64,000 bases of DNA from an uncultured Candidatus Saccharibacteria bacterium (GCA_965231075.1 OZ246412.1:170019-234018), one strand, 5' to 3'. Counted from the stretch's first letter, positions 27,543 to 37,529 are shown. A program made the numbers and translations. The notes: generated by a model from the letters alone, not told the origin.

Positions 27543-28133
27543 ATGAACAAAAAAAGATTATTTGTGGCGATTAATTTGCCAGAAGCGATCAAAAATAAAC
27601 TTTTTGATTGGGAATTGAAGTTAGAAAAAGAATACGAGCTTGGTGAATTTCGTGGCAAAAACATTAATTGGGTAATTAAAAAAAACTTACACATTACTCT
27701 GGTTTTTATTGGCTACGCCACCGATGACGAAACTTATGAAATCGCCAAAATCATAAAAACCATTGCCAAGAATCATCAACAATTTTTTGTTAATTTAGAA
27801 AGAATTATTTTGGGGCCACCAGACGGAAGCGCAAGAATGTTTTGGGCAGAGGGAGAAAAAAGCCAGGAATTGGCGGAATTACAATTTGATTTAGAAAAAT
27901 CGCTAGACATTGGCGATAATCCACAAAAGCAAGCTCGCGCCTTTAGGCCACATGTTACTTTGGCAAGATTAAAGTCAAGTGTTAGTGAGATAATTAAAAA
28001 GAAGGGGATAATCGAGAAGAAAATAAATTATCAAATTCCGGTTGAAAGCATTGAATTAATGCAATCTACTCTTGGTCGTTCTGGACCAGAATACACAACA
28101 TTAGAATTAGTAGAATTGGGAAATGAAGAATAG
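27543..28133 (+). CDS. thpR: RNA 2-prime,3-prime-cyclic phosphodiesterase / 2-prime-5-prime RNA ligase (2H phosphoesterase, LigT/ThpR)
   Basis: Two H-x-T/S-x motifs (HITLVF, HVTLAR) at the expected spacing. Confidence 0.8.
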   Translation: MNKKRLFVAINLPEAIKNKLFDWELKLEKEYELGEFRGKNINWVIKKNLHITLVFIGYATDDETYEIAKIIKTIAKNHQQFFVNLERIILGPPDGSARMFWAEGEKSQELAELQFDLEKSLDIGDNPQKQARAFRPHVTLARLKSSVSEIIKKKGIIEKKINYQIPVESIELMQSTLGRSGPEYTTLELVELGNEE

Positions 28134-29148
28134 TTATGATGTTATTATTATTGGTGCGGGGATTGCGGGACTAGAATGTGCCAAGCATTTAGCGGGTTCT
28201 GGTCTGAGTATTTTGATAGTTGAAAAAAACAATAGTCCTGGATCTAAGGTTTGTGCCGAGGGGGTTGTATTACAGGACCTGAAATACGTTTCAAAAGAAG
28301 ATTTGAATTTTGATTTTCAAAAATTAATTTTTCACTACAAAAATAAAACCAAAGCATTTCCAGATAATGACGGCATTATATCGACAATAAATAGAAAAAC
28401 ACACATTAAACGAAAAATAGATCAACTTAAAAAAATTGATAATATAGAGTTTTTAATTGGTAATAGTGTTGCCAAAATTGTTGCGGGAAACTCTCTAGAA
28501 TTGAGCAGTGGTGAAATTATCAGATTTAAATATTTGGTTGGTGCAGATGGCTCAATTTCGGTTGTCAGAAAATATTTAAATTTACCATCAGAAAAAATTG
28601 AAATTGCGATGCAATATATTTTGCCTAAAAAATTCAATGATTTTGAAATTTATCTGGATAGCAAAAATTTAGGGACTGGATATTTGTGGATTTTTCCGAA
28701 CAAGGATTACGATTCAATCGGGTGTGGTGGAGATTTAAGATACATGAATGTCCAAAAAATGAAAGCATATTTTGAGCTTTGGTTAAAAGAAAAAAATATT
28801 AACTTTTCAAAAGAAAACCTACAAGCAGCTCTTATTAATTATGATTATAGGGGGTATAAATTTAATAATATATTTTTAGCCGGCGATGCTGCAGGGTTGG
28901 CCTCGGGAATATTGGGAAAAGGGATATATTCTGCATTTTTATCTGGAGAGCAAATAGCAAACGAAATTCTAAATAAGCCCGCTAACTATAATCTAATAGA
29001 AAGGTGGTTGAAGAAAAAAAGAAAACAAGAATTTTTTATGGTTTTTATGAAAAATAAAATCATAAGAAATTTGGCGTTTAATTGGGGAATAAAATCAATG
29101 CGTTTTCAAAAAATACAAAAATTGATAATGAGGGGCTTCATAAGATGA
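28123..29148 (+). CDS. FAD-dependent oxidoreductase of the geranylgeranyl reductase family (341 aa)
   Basis: YDVIIIGAGIAGLECA Rossmann motif and GSKVCAEGV (the GGR PxxCGEG-like motif). The stop overlaps the start of the next glycosyltransferase (ATGA). Confidence 0.7.
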   Translation: MKNSYDVIIIGAGIAGLECAKHLAGSGLSILIVEKNNSPGSKVCAEGVVLQDLKYVSKEDLNFDFQKLIFHYKNKTKAFPDNDGIISTINRKTHIKRKIDQLKKIDNIEFLIGNSVAKIVAGNSLELSSGEIIRFKYLVGADGSISVVRKYLNLPSEKIEIAMQYILPKKFNDFEIYLDSKNLGTGYLWIFPNKDYDSIGCGGDLRYMNVQKMKAYFELWLKEKNINFSKENLQAALINYDYRGYKFNNIFLAGDAAGLASGILGKGIYSAFLSGEQIANEILNKPANYNLIERWLKKKRKQEFFMVFMKNKIIRNLAFNWGIKSMRFQKIQKLIMRGFIR

Positions 29149-29855
29149 AAATTGATTTATTTGGAATACAATTTGATAATTTAACGATGAATGAGGCGGT
29201 GGAACAGGCGAAAGGATTTGTGGTTTTGGCGTATTCAGAGTTTGTGGTTAGAGCGCAAAAAGACGAAGAATACAAAAACATTTTAAACAAGGCAGATTTT
29301 TGTTTTTGTGAAAGCAGAGGATTATATTTGATGGCGAGGCTAATGGGTCGGAAACTTAAAGAACCCATTAATGGAATAGAAATAATTTATAAATTAAGTC
29401 AAAAGTCAAAAGTCAAAAGTCAAAAGTTATTTTTATTTGGCGGGACAGATGAGGTTGTGAGAAAAACAGCGAAAAGGTTGGGGGACGGTGTCATCGGTTT
29501 TGAAAACGGATATCAGGATTACAATTTAGTGATTCAAAAAATAAACAAGATTAAGCCGGATATTTTATTTGTGGCGCTGGGCGGAAGTGGCAAACAAGAA
29601 AAATGGATTTATGAAAATTTATCTAAAATGCCAAGTGTTAAATTGGCAATTGGCGTTGGAGGAGCATTTGATTTTATTTCAGGAACAATCAAGCGTGCAC
29701 CCATCTTTTTTCAAAAAACAGGAACAGAATGGTTGTGGCGTTTAATCTTGCAACCCAAAAGATTCAAAAGAATTTTTATAGGAGTGGGCGGTTTAATTTG
29801 CTTGACTCTTAAAAATATGTTACATTTAAAAAAGGAGAAACAAAAAGGTCGTTAG
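29145..29855 (+). CDS. WecB/TagA/CpsF-family glycosyltransferase (N-acetylmannosaminyltransferase-like). I use the internal start at 29145.
   Basis: MKIDLFGIQFDNLTMNEAVE N-terminus plus FVALGGSGKQEKW and GVGGAFDFISG, typical of the family. The ATG overlaps the upstream stop. It contains the agtcaaa x4 heptamer repeat. Confidence 0.75.
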   Translation: MKIDLFGIQFDNLTMNEAVEQAKGFVVLAYSEFVVRAQKDEEYKNILNKADFCFCESRGLYLMARLMGRKLKEPINGIEIIYKLSQKSKVKSQKLFLFGGTDEVVRKTAKRLGDGVIGFENGYQDYNLVIQKINKIKPDILFVALGGSGKQEKWIYENLSKMPSVKLAIGVGGAFDFISGTIKRAPIFFQKTGTEWLWRLILQPKRFKRIFIGVGGLICLTLKNMLHLKKEKQKGR

Positions 29856-29896
29856 GAATTGAAAATTGAAAATTAAAAATTAAAAATTTAAATAAT

Positions 29897-30034
29897 ATGT
29901 GGTATATTATTGGAATAATTGTCGTTGTAATCATTGCTTTGTTGCTTATTACAAAAAAGAAATCTCCAAAAGTCGAAGATAAACCAGAAGAAAATAAGCC
30001 CGAAGAACCAGTTACTACCGAAGAAAATAAATAA
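29897..30034 (+). CDS. Possible small membrane protein (45 aa) not in the ORF track
   Basis: MWYIIGIIVVVIIALLLITKKK... is a single TM helix followed by an acidic tail. It is followed by a terminator. Low confidence. Confidence 0.3.
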   Translation: MWYIIGIIVVVIIALLLITKKKSPKVEDKPEENKPEEPVTTEENK

Positions 30035-30054
30035 TTTGGGATTTTTAAACACAA

Positions 30055-30087
30055 AAACCAACCTCTTATTGAGTGTTGGTTTTTTTG
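30055..30087 (+). terminator. Rho-independent terminator
   Basis: AACCAAC...GTTGGTT hairpin followed by TTTTTT. Confidence 0.6.
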
Positions 30088-30119
30088 ACCTTTGAGCGTA
30101 TTTTTGATAAGATTAGATT

Positions 30120-31235
30120 ATGAAAATAGGCATTGAGGCACATACGATTGAAAAGCAAGAAAAATTAGGTGCCGGAGGAAATTATCTATCGCAGATACTT
30201 AAAGAGTGGAGTAAATTAAATCCTGATGAACATCAGTTCGTTTTATATTTTAAGGACAGAATTCCTGAAGATGAATTTTTAAAATCAAAAGTTTTTATTA
30301 AAAAATTAATTAAAACGCCGATTAAAAGTACGGCTCTTTTTTATAATTTTTTTATGCCGATGGCAGCCAAAAAAGACAAGGTTGATGTTTTATTTTTGCC
30401 GTTTTATATGAGACCCTTATTTTGTTGTGTGCCAACAATTACGGCAATTCACGACGTTTCTTACAAGGTTCATCCCGAATGGTTTAAGTGGAACTATAAA
30501 TTACCGTTCAGACTGTTAACTTGGTTGGCAGTTAAAAAGTCCGAAGGCATCTTAGTTTGTTCAGAGTATACCAAGCAAGAAATTGTTAAAAACTATAAAA
30601 CCTCTCCAGAAAAAATAAAAGTTATCTATTTGGGAGCTAACGAAAATTTTAATCAGCAAAAAAACGAACAAGAAATTCAGAAATCGAAACAAAAATACAA
30701 TATTAATAAAAAATATTTATTTTTTACAGGAAGTATTTTTAATCGTAGACATGTTTTAGAATCAATAAAAGCGTTTCAAATGGTTTTAGAAAAGTTGCCC
30801 GATTATCAGTTTTTGGTCAGCGGAAGGAACTTAACCAACCCATTTCAGGAATATATTGATTGTTTGTCCCGCGGGATTAAACGTTTCCAATATATTAACA
30901 ACGAAGATTTAAAAAACATTTATCAGGGCGCAGAATTATTCGTTTGGCTTTCTGATTACGAAGGGTTTGGTCTGCCACCATTAGAGGCAATGGCCTGTGG
31001 AACTCCGGTTTTAACCACGAAAATGACTTCTCTAGGAGAAGTTTTGGGGGATTATCCGATCGCAATTGATAATCCAGGCAATATTAACGAAATAGAAGAA
31101 AAAATGATTAAAATATTAACCGATCAAAGATTAAGACAGGAAATGGTCGAAAAAGGATTAGAACGTGTTAAATCTTTTTCTTGGCAAAAAACAGCGGAAC
31201 AAACATATGAAGTGTTGCAAAGATCCGGAAAATAA
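30120..31235 (+). CDS. Glycosyltransferase family 4 (GT-B, retaining)
   Basis: C-terminal EGFGLPPLEAMACGTPVLTT motif. Confidence 0.8.
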   Translation: MKIGIEAHTIEKQEKLGAGGNYLSQILKEWSKLNPDEHQFVLYFKDRIPEDEFLKSKVFIKKLIKTPIKSTALFYNFFMPMAAKKDKVDVLFLPFYMRPLFCCVPTITAIHDVSYKVHPEWFKWNYKLPFRLLTWLAVKKSEGILVCSEYTKQEIVKNYKTSPEKIKVIYLGANENFNQQKNEQEIQKSKQKYNINKKYLFFTGSIFNRRHVLESIKAFQMVLEKLPDYQFLVSGRNLTNPFQEYIDCLSRGIKRFQYINNEDLKNIYQGAELFVWLSDYEGFGLPPLEAMACGTPVLTTKMTSLGEVLGDYPIAIDNPGNINEIEEKMIKILTDQRLRQEMVEKGLERVKSFSWQKTAEQTYEVLQRSGK

Positions 31236-32757
31236 GGATTGTATTGTGTTTAAACTTTTACTAGGGATTGAAATTGTCTCGTTGTTTTTAGTTTGTTTGG
31301 GCGTTGTTCCCCGAGAATTAATTTTGGTTTCTAGTGCTCTAGTTTTGTTTTATCTTGTTGTAAGTCCTGTCGAAGATGGATTAATGTTTTTTATTGCCTC
31401 AATTCCGATTTTTGTTGCTTTGCCAATATTAGAAGGATTTGATTCGTTAAGCGCTGGAAGATTATTTGTTTTAATTTTATTTTTAAAATGGTTGTGGCAG
31501 AAGAAAACTCTAATTTTGCCAAAATTGAAAACTTTATCATTTAGAGAAATTTTTAAAAGCCACAGATTCGAATTGTTTTCTCTAGCGTTGTTAATGATTA
31601 TGGGAGTTTCGTTAATCAATGCAGTTGATCTCGGTTCAGGAATTAAGAGGTTTATCTATTTAATTAACTTAGTGGTTGTATTTATAATGATTAAGGACGT
31701 AATTAAGGATAGAGAATATTTTAAGAGAACCATTAAAGCGATTTTGATTTCCCTCGGCATCGTTTGCCTAATTGGTCTAGTGCAGTTAATTAGCGTTTAT
31801 TTTTTCACAATTGGTGGTTTTTGGGATTGGTGGGCCGATCATGTTTCCTTGAGTTTTTATGGAGAGAATTTACGGCAAATTGTTAAAACCAATAATGCTT
31901 GGTTTATCGCTTCTCCCAGCGGGTCATCGGTGATTAGGCTGTTTGGGTCTTTTACTGATCCGCATAGCTTCGCTTTATATATATTATTGGCATTACCATT
32001 TGTAATTTCAATATCTGTTTTTGCATTTAAACAAAAATTTAATAAAAAATGGTTTTGGTGGGTTTTGTGTTTATTTTTTATAATTTTGTCTGGCACAAGG
32101 GGGATTTGGTTTGGAATTATTGCTGCGTTTTTGGCGGGAATTTATCTTTTAATTAAAAAAATGAATCAAAATCGTGTTGTTTCGAGTATCGTGGTTGTAT
32201 TAATTATTTTTGTCGCATTAGTGCCGATTGTTTCTGTGTTTACAACCATTCCTCAATTCAACGAACATGGAACTCAAGACTCATCACTAATTCTTAAAAG
32301 ATTAATTTCGGTCTTAAATTTAGATGAAACCTCTAACCAGGGAAGAATTTATATCTGGAAAAAATCATTAGAAAGCTTTAAACAATATCCGTTTTTGGGC
32401 GTGGGCACAGGGAATTTCCCGATTATATTAGAGCAAGATATTGCGTTAGCCAAAGCGGGATCGTCGGCACATAATTTGTATTTAAATTTCTTGGCCGAAA
32501 ATGGAATTTTCGCTCTAATTTTAATTGGTTTAATCTTCTGGGAATCGTTAATCGCTTTGATTGTAATATTGAAATCAAATTTATCTTGGCAAAATAGACT
32601 TTTGTTTAGCGGATTGTTTATGTTTCTGTTTTGGACTTTTGCTTATTGTTTTTTTGATATTGCATTATTGGACGAAAGGGTATTTTTACTATTCTTAACT
32701 GTTTTGGGATTAATTTTCGCGGTGAAAAAAAATCCTCGAATTTTAGAAAATGAATAA
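31207..32757 (+). CDS. O-antigen ligase/polymerase-like (Wzy_C) polytopic membrane protein. The start is uncertain (ATG 31207 or GTG 31246).
   Basis: ~12 TM helices. Wzy_C signature loop (SAHNLYLNFLAENGIFALILIGL). Confidence 0.65.
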   Translation: MKCCKDPENKDCIVFKLLLGIEIVSLFLVCLGVVPRELILVSSALVLFYLVVSPVEDGLMFFIASIPIFVALPILEGFDSLSAGRLFVLILFLKWLWQKKTLILPKLKTLSFREIFKSHRFELFSLALLMIMGVSLINAVDLGSGIKRFIYLINLVVVFIMIKDVIKDREYFKRTIKAILISLGIVCLIGLVQLISVYFFTIGGFWDWWADHVSLSFYGENLRQIVKTNNAWFIASPSGSSVIRLFGSFTDPHSFALYILLALPFVISISVFAFKQKFNKKWFWWVLCLFFIILSGTRGIWFGIIAAFLAGIYLLIKKMNQNRVVSSIVVVLIIFVALVPIVSVFTTIPQFNEHGTQDSSLILKRLISVLNLDETSNQGRIYIWKKSLESFKQYPFLGVGTGNFPIILEQDIALAKAGSSAHNLYLNFLAENGIFALILIGLIFWESLIALIVILKSNLSWQNRLLFSGLFMFLFWTFAYCFFDIALLDERVFLLFLTVLGLIFAVKKNPRILENE

Positions 32758-33727
32758 ATTGGTTTCAATTATCGTATTAACCTATAATTCCGAAAAATAT
32801 ATCGAAGATTGTCTAGGGTCGATTTTTTCGCAAACATATAAAGATATCGAAATTATAGTAATTGATAATGACTCAAAAGACAATAGTGTTAAATTCTCGA
32901 GAGAAAGATTAAAAGATTATAAGGGAAGCCAACGAATAATCATAAATAAAAAAAACTCTGGTTATGTTGGTGGAAACAATATCGGAATTAAAGAAAGTAG
33001 GGGAGAGTATATTGTTATCGTTAATCCGGACGTTATTCTAAAAGATAATTACGTTGAAGAGGTTGTGAGTGAATTTGAACAAAGTTCTCAAATCGGATCG
33101 GTCCAAGGGAAATATTACCAATTGAACAACGGAATTAAAACAAAAACTATAGATACTGTTGGATTTAAATTCTTTGAATCGGGAAGATTAATAGACGAAG
33201 GACAAGGAGACGAAGACGTTGGTCAGTACGAAGAAAAAAGAGAGGTTTTTGGCGTGAATGGTAACGCCGCTGCTTATAGACGGAAGACTTTAAATGATAT
33301 AAAATATAATGAGGAATACTTTGATGAAAATTTTTTCTGTTACGCAGAGGATTTTGATTTGGCATGGAGAGCAAAAACAAGAGGATGGAAATGTATTTAT
33401 GCTCCACAAGCGATTCTTTGGCACGATAGAACGAGTTCTAAAACAATCAGTGGGGGATGGAAAACATTCAGAGCAATCAGAAAGTCTCAACCGTTTTGGA
33501 TTCGTAAAATTAGTTGGCGCAATACCTGGCTTACGTTTATAAAGAACTTGCCATTAAAATCATTTTTTCATCCGCAATTTCTTAAATATCAAATTAAATT
33601 CGGTTTTTACTTACTATTCTTTGAGCCAAGAGTTTTATTGGCAAAGTTTGAAATCATAAAATTGTTACCAAAAATGTTAAAAAAAAGAAAATATGCTCGA
33701 CTCAATAACACCACCCAAGGGGTTTAA
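32750..33727 (+). CDS. Glycosyltransferase family 2
   Basis: SIIVLTYNSEKYIEDCLGSIFSQTYKDIEIIVIDNDSKD, a GT-A DxD fold. Confidence 0.85.
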   Translation: MNKLVSIIVLTYNSEKYIEDCLGSIFSQTYKDIEIIVIDNDSKDNSVKFSRERLKDYKGSQRIIINKKNSGYVGGNNIGIKESRGEYIVIVNPDVILKDNYVEEVVSEFEQSSQIGSVQGKYYQLNNGIKTKTIDTVGFKFFESGRLIDEGQGDEDVGQYEEKREVFGVNGNAAAYRRKTLNDIKYNEEYFDENFFCYAEDFDLAWRAKTRGWKCIYAPQAILWHDRTSSKTISGGWKTFRAIRKSQPFWIRKISWRNTWLTFIKNLPLKSFFHPQFLKYQIKFGFYLLFFEPRVLLAKFEIIKLLPKMLKKRKYARLNNTTQGV

Positions 33728-34784
33728 AAAAATATTTAGAAGGCACAATCAAGAACAAGAAAACAATATAGAAAAAGAAGTGCCAAAAAAATTCAACAAA
33801 AAGAAGTTGATTATTTGGAGCATAATCATAATTATATTGTTGGTTCCAACTTTTTATGTTTTTAAAACTGGTGCAGCATTTTCTAAGATTATCACAATCA
33901 AAAATATTGCTTGGGAGAAAATTTTTGGCAAGCTCCCAACCGCAGAATATGCTCCGCCCAAAGATGAAAACAGAATGAATTTTTTGCTTCTAGGGATTAG
34001 GGGCGAAGCTGAAACTGGTGTCGGCGGTTGGCTCACAGATGCAATCATGATTGTAAGCCTAGAAAAAGATACAGGAAAAGTTGCGTTAATTTCTGTTCCT
34101 CGGGACCTATACTTGCAAATGCCGGGAGAAGTAACCTATGAAAAAATTAATACAGTTTATGCGATTGGCAACAAGAAATACGAAAACGGTCTAGATTATG
34201 CCAAAAAAACTTTGGCTTATGTAACCGGACTTTATATTGATCAAGCGGTAGAAATTAATTTTGATGCATTTAAAGACATTATCGAAATTTTGGGTGGAGT
34301 GACGATAACCCTAGAGAAACCATTCACAGAGGATAAACAATGGGGCTGTGACGCAATGGGTAAAAATTGTATACCGTTCACATTGAGCGCAGGAGAGCAG
34401 ACATTGAATGGTGATGCGGCGTTGCTTTACGTGCGTTCGAGATTTTCCAGTAGTGATTTCGATAGAGTGCGAAGGCAACAACAAGTATTGGTGGCGGTTA
34501 AAGACAAGGTTTTGTCCTTAGGAATATTAACTGATCCCTTAAAAGTTAGTGGAATAATCGATATTTTATCCAAAAATATTAAAACCGACGTAAGTCCGTG
34601 GCAAATTCCCGACTTATTGAAGTTGGCCCAGAGAGCTACAACCGATAAAATTATCAGAAAAGTATTTGAAAATTCTCCAGAAGGAATGCTTTACGAAAGT
34701 AAAATTAATGGTATTTATGTTCTTTTACCAACAGCAAGTAATTTTGATAAAATTAGGGAAGCCTGTCAGAATATTTTTAAATAA
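33693..34784 (+). CDS. LytR-CpsA-Psr (LCP) family cell-envelope polymer transferase
   Basis: N-terminal TM followed by LLLGIRGEAETGVGGWLTDAIMIVSLEKDTGKVALISVPRDLY (the LCP core). Confidence 0.8.
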   Translation: MLDSITPPKGFKKIFRRHNQEQENNIEKEVPKKFNKKKLIIWSIIIIILLVPTFYVFKTGAAFSKIITIKNIAWEKIFGKLPTAEYAPPKDENRMNFLLLGIRGEAETGVGGWLTDAIMIVSLEKDTGKVALISVPRDLYLQMPGEVTYEKINTVYAIGNKKYENGLDYAKKTLAYVTGLYIDQAVEINFDAFKDIIEILGGVTITLEKPFTEDKQWGCDAMGKNCIPFTLSAGEQTLNGDAALLYVRSRFSSSDFDRVRRQQQVLVAVKDKVLSLGILTDPLKVSGIIDILSKNIKTDVSPWQIPDLLKLAQRATTDKIIRKVFENSPEGMLYESKINGIYVLLPTASNFDKIREACQNIFK

Positions 34785-35572
34785 TGAAGCTTTCAATAAT
34801 TATTACTCATCATAATACTTTAGAATTGTTGGATCTTTGTATTGAATCAATCAAAGACACTGTTAAGAACCCGGATTATGAAATTATTGTTGCTGACAGC
34901 GAGGCCAAAGAGGAGAATAAAGAATTTTTAAAAAACAAACATTCAGAAATAATTTACTTGGGTTTTAAAAAAAATCTCGGTTATTCCAAGATAGTAAACG
35001 AGGGGATTAAAAAAGCACACGGAGAATACGTTTTAATTTTAAATGCAGATATTATTGTTTTGGAAAACACAATTCTCGAGATGGTAAACTATCTAAACCA
35101 ACACAAAGAAGTTGGTATCGTTGGTCCACAATTATTAGATTTTACGAACAATATTCAAGCATCATGTTTCAACAACCCCAACCCCAAATCAATTTTAGCC
35201 AGAAGAACATTTTTAGGCAAAACTAAGTGGGGAAAAGAAATTTTAAAAAAGTTTACCTTGGCTGACACGAAAACCGATTCAGCGCGAGAAGTTGACTGGG
35301 TTCAGGGCTCAGCAATGATGTTCAAAAAAAGTGCAGTCGATAAAGTGGGGCTATGGGATGAAAACTTTTTTATGTATTTCGAAGATGCCGACTGGTGCAG
35401 GAGATTTTGGAAAAACGATTTAAAGGTAGTTTACTTGACCAGCGCAAAAATGGTACACTATTATCATCGTAGTAGTAAAAAATTTGGTATAATTATCGAT
35501 GTAATATTTAATAAATACACAAGAACGCACATTATTAGTGCATTAAAGTATTTTAAGAAATATGGTTTCTAG
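34784..35572 (+). CDS. Glycosyltransferase family 2
   Basis: MKLSIIITHHNTLELLDLCIESI...ADSEAKEEN...LNADIIV, a GT-A fold. Confidence 0.8.
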   Translation: MKLSIIITHHNTLELLDLCIESIKDTVKNPDYEIIVADSEAKEENKEFLKNKHSEIIYLGFKKNLGYSKIVNEGIKKAHGEYVLILNADIIVLENTILEMVNYLNQHKEVGIVGPQLLDFTNNIQASCFNNPNPKSILARRTFLGKTKWGKEILKKFTLADTKTDSAREVDWVQGSAMMFKKSAVDKVGLWDENFFMYFEDADWCRRFWKNDLKVVYLTSAKMVHYYHRSSKKFGIIIDVIFNKYTRTHIISALKYFKKYGF

Positions 35573-36776
35573 AAAAAAACAGATAAAAATCGTAGTTACC
35601 ATTATTGTTATGGCGATATTGTTCGTCGGAGGTTTTTTTGTCGGAAAGCAATCCTCAAGCAATTTATCAACTTCCAGTCAGATATTTTTTAATCGAGAAC
35701 TGGGCAAGCCAGAACCAATGGACTTTAGTCCGTTTTGGCAAGCATTGAAAGTACTAGAAGATAAATACGTTAATAGTGAAAAAATTAATTACCAAAATCT
35801 ATTATATGGTGCAATCGAAGGAATGACCAATTCGCTTGGCGATGATTATACCGTATTTATGAAACCAGAAAAAACAGAATCATTTATGCAAAGCGTTGAT
35901 GGTAAGGATAGTTTTGAGGGGGTGGGAATGGAACTTGGTTTAAAAGAAAAGATTTTGACGGTCGTAGCACCTATCGAGGGAACTCCGGCATTTAGGGCAG
36001 GGATTAAGGCTGGTGATAAAATCTTAAAAATTGATGACAAATCCACAGAAGGGATGCAGACCGAAGAGGCAGTAAGTTTAATTCGTGGCAAAAAGGGGAC
36101 TACAGTTGTATTGTCAATTATTAGAAGCGGATTCCGAGAACCAAAAGAATTTTCTTTGGTTCGTGATAACATCGAGGTTCCGGTGATGCGATGGGAAATG
36201 CTTGCCAATGACATTGCCTACATTAAGATTTATCAATTTACTTCTAATCTTCCTGACAAATTTGAAAACGCGGTATCGGAGCTGTTAAAAAATAATGCTA
36301 AAAAAATTATTATTGATTTGAGAAATAATCCCGGCGGATATCTAGAAACTGCTGTCGATATTGTGAGCTGGTTTAATCCTAAGGGATCAATAGTTTTAAA
36401 AGAAGAATTCAAGAACGGAGAAGGAGATGAATATATAAGTCGCGGATATTCAACAATCGCTAATTTTCCGGTCGTGGTTTTAGTTAATCAGGGTTCGGCA
36501 TCGGCGTCAGAAATTATGGCCGGCGCGCTTAGAGATATAAGAGGGGTTAAATTGGTAGGCAATACCACTTTTGGTAAGGGCTCGGTTCAAACAGTGGAAA
36601 CATTTAAAGATGGATCATCCTTAAAGATAACAGTTGCCAAGTGGTTAACTCCTTCGGGTGTTTCGATTAATGAAGAGGGACTAGAGCCGGATTTCGAAAT
36701 TGAATACACCGACGAAGACTATGCCGATGGCAAGGATCCACAGCTAGATAAAGCAATTGAGTTACTAGGTAAATAA
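35562..36776 (+). CDS. ctpA: Carboxyl-terminal processing protease (S41 family) with a PDZ domain
   Basis: PDZ (GIKAGDKILKIDDKSTEGM) and the S41 catalytic region (VLVNQGSASASEIMAGALRD, K further on). Confidence 0.85.
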   Translation: MVSRKKQIKIVVTIIVMAILFVGGFFVGKQSSSNLSTSSQIFFNRELGKPEPMDFSPFWQALKVLEDKYVNSEKINYQNLLYGAIEGMTNSLGDDYTVFMKPEKTESFMQSVDGKDSFEGVGMELGLKEKILTVVAPIEGTPAFRAGIKAGDKILKIDDKSTEGMQTEEAVSLIRGKKGTTVVLSIIRSGFREPKEFSLVRDNIEVPVMRWEMLANDIAYIKIYQFTSNLPDKFENAVSELLKNNAKKIIIDLRNNPGGYLETAVDIVSWFNPKGSIVLKEEFKNGEGDEYISRGYSTIANFPVVVLVNQGSASASEIMAGALRDIRGVKLVGNTTFGKGSVQTVETFKDGSSLKITVAKWLTPSGVSINEEGLEPDFEIEYTDEDYADGKDPQLDKAIELLGK

Positions 36777-36786
36777 AATTATTAAA

Positions 36787-37260
36787 ATGAAAGTCATTTT
36801 ATTAAAAGATATTCAGGGATTGGGGAAAAAAGGAGAAATTAAAAATGCCTCAGATGGGCATGTAAGAAATTTTCTTGTGCCAAAAAAATTAGTTAAGATT
36901 GCTACAGATAAGGCAATTAAAGAGTGGGAACAAGAAAAAGCTATGGAGGCGCAAAAAGCGGAACAAGAATTACAACACGTCGAAGAAGTTGTTTCACAGA
37001 TAGACGGTTTAGAAATAGAGGTTCCAACCAAAATGGACGAATCGGGCAAACTCTATGGTTCAATCAATGATCAAAAAATAAGTCAATTATTTAAAGATAG
37101 AGGATTTGATATTAGAAAAAATCAAATTAAAATTCCCCAACCGATTAAAACGATTGGAGAATATCCAATAACAATTAGCTTTGATCACGGACTAGAAGCA
37201 GAAATCAAACTGATAATCGTTGACGAAGCCCTACTGAAGACTAAATCAGAAGAGAATTAA
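36787..37260 (+). CDS. rplI: 50S ribosomal protein L9
   Basis: [35 protein letters not shown]. Confidence 0.9.
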   Translation: MKVILLKDIQGLGKKGEIKNASDGHVRNFLVPKKLVKIATDKAIKEWEQEKAMEAQKAEQELQHVEEVVSQIDGLEIEVPTKMDESGKLYGSINDQKISQLFKDRGFDIRKNQIKIPQPIKTIGEYPITISFDHGLEAEIKLIIVDEALLKTKSEEN

Positions 37261-37529
37261 ACAACATCAACGACCTTAAAAGTTTTTTTGTTGCCATCAA
37301 ATCCAGTTTTAGAGGTTGTTCTAAACTTAACAGTTCCCGATTTTACAGCATACAAAGTATCGTCTTTGCCTTTTCGAACGTTCTTACCGGCAATAAATCT
37401 TGTGCCTCTTTGGCGAATTATAATACTACCAATTTGAGCTTTTTGCCCCTGGTATAATTTTACGCCTAGATATTTTGGTTGCGAGTCTCGTCCTAGTTTA
37501 GTCGATCCCGCGGATTTAGTTGTTGACAT
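37257..37529 (-). CDS. rpmA: 50S ribosomal protein L27
   Basis: [29 protein letters not shown]...[10 protein letters not shown]. Confidence 0.95.
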   Translation of the reverse strand: MSTTKSAGSTKLGRDSQPKYLGVKLYQGQKAQIGSIIIRQRGTRFIAGKNVRKGKDDTLYAVKSGTVKFRTTSKTGFDGNKKTFKVVDVV

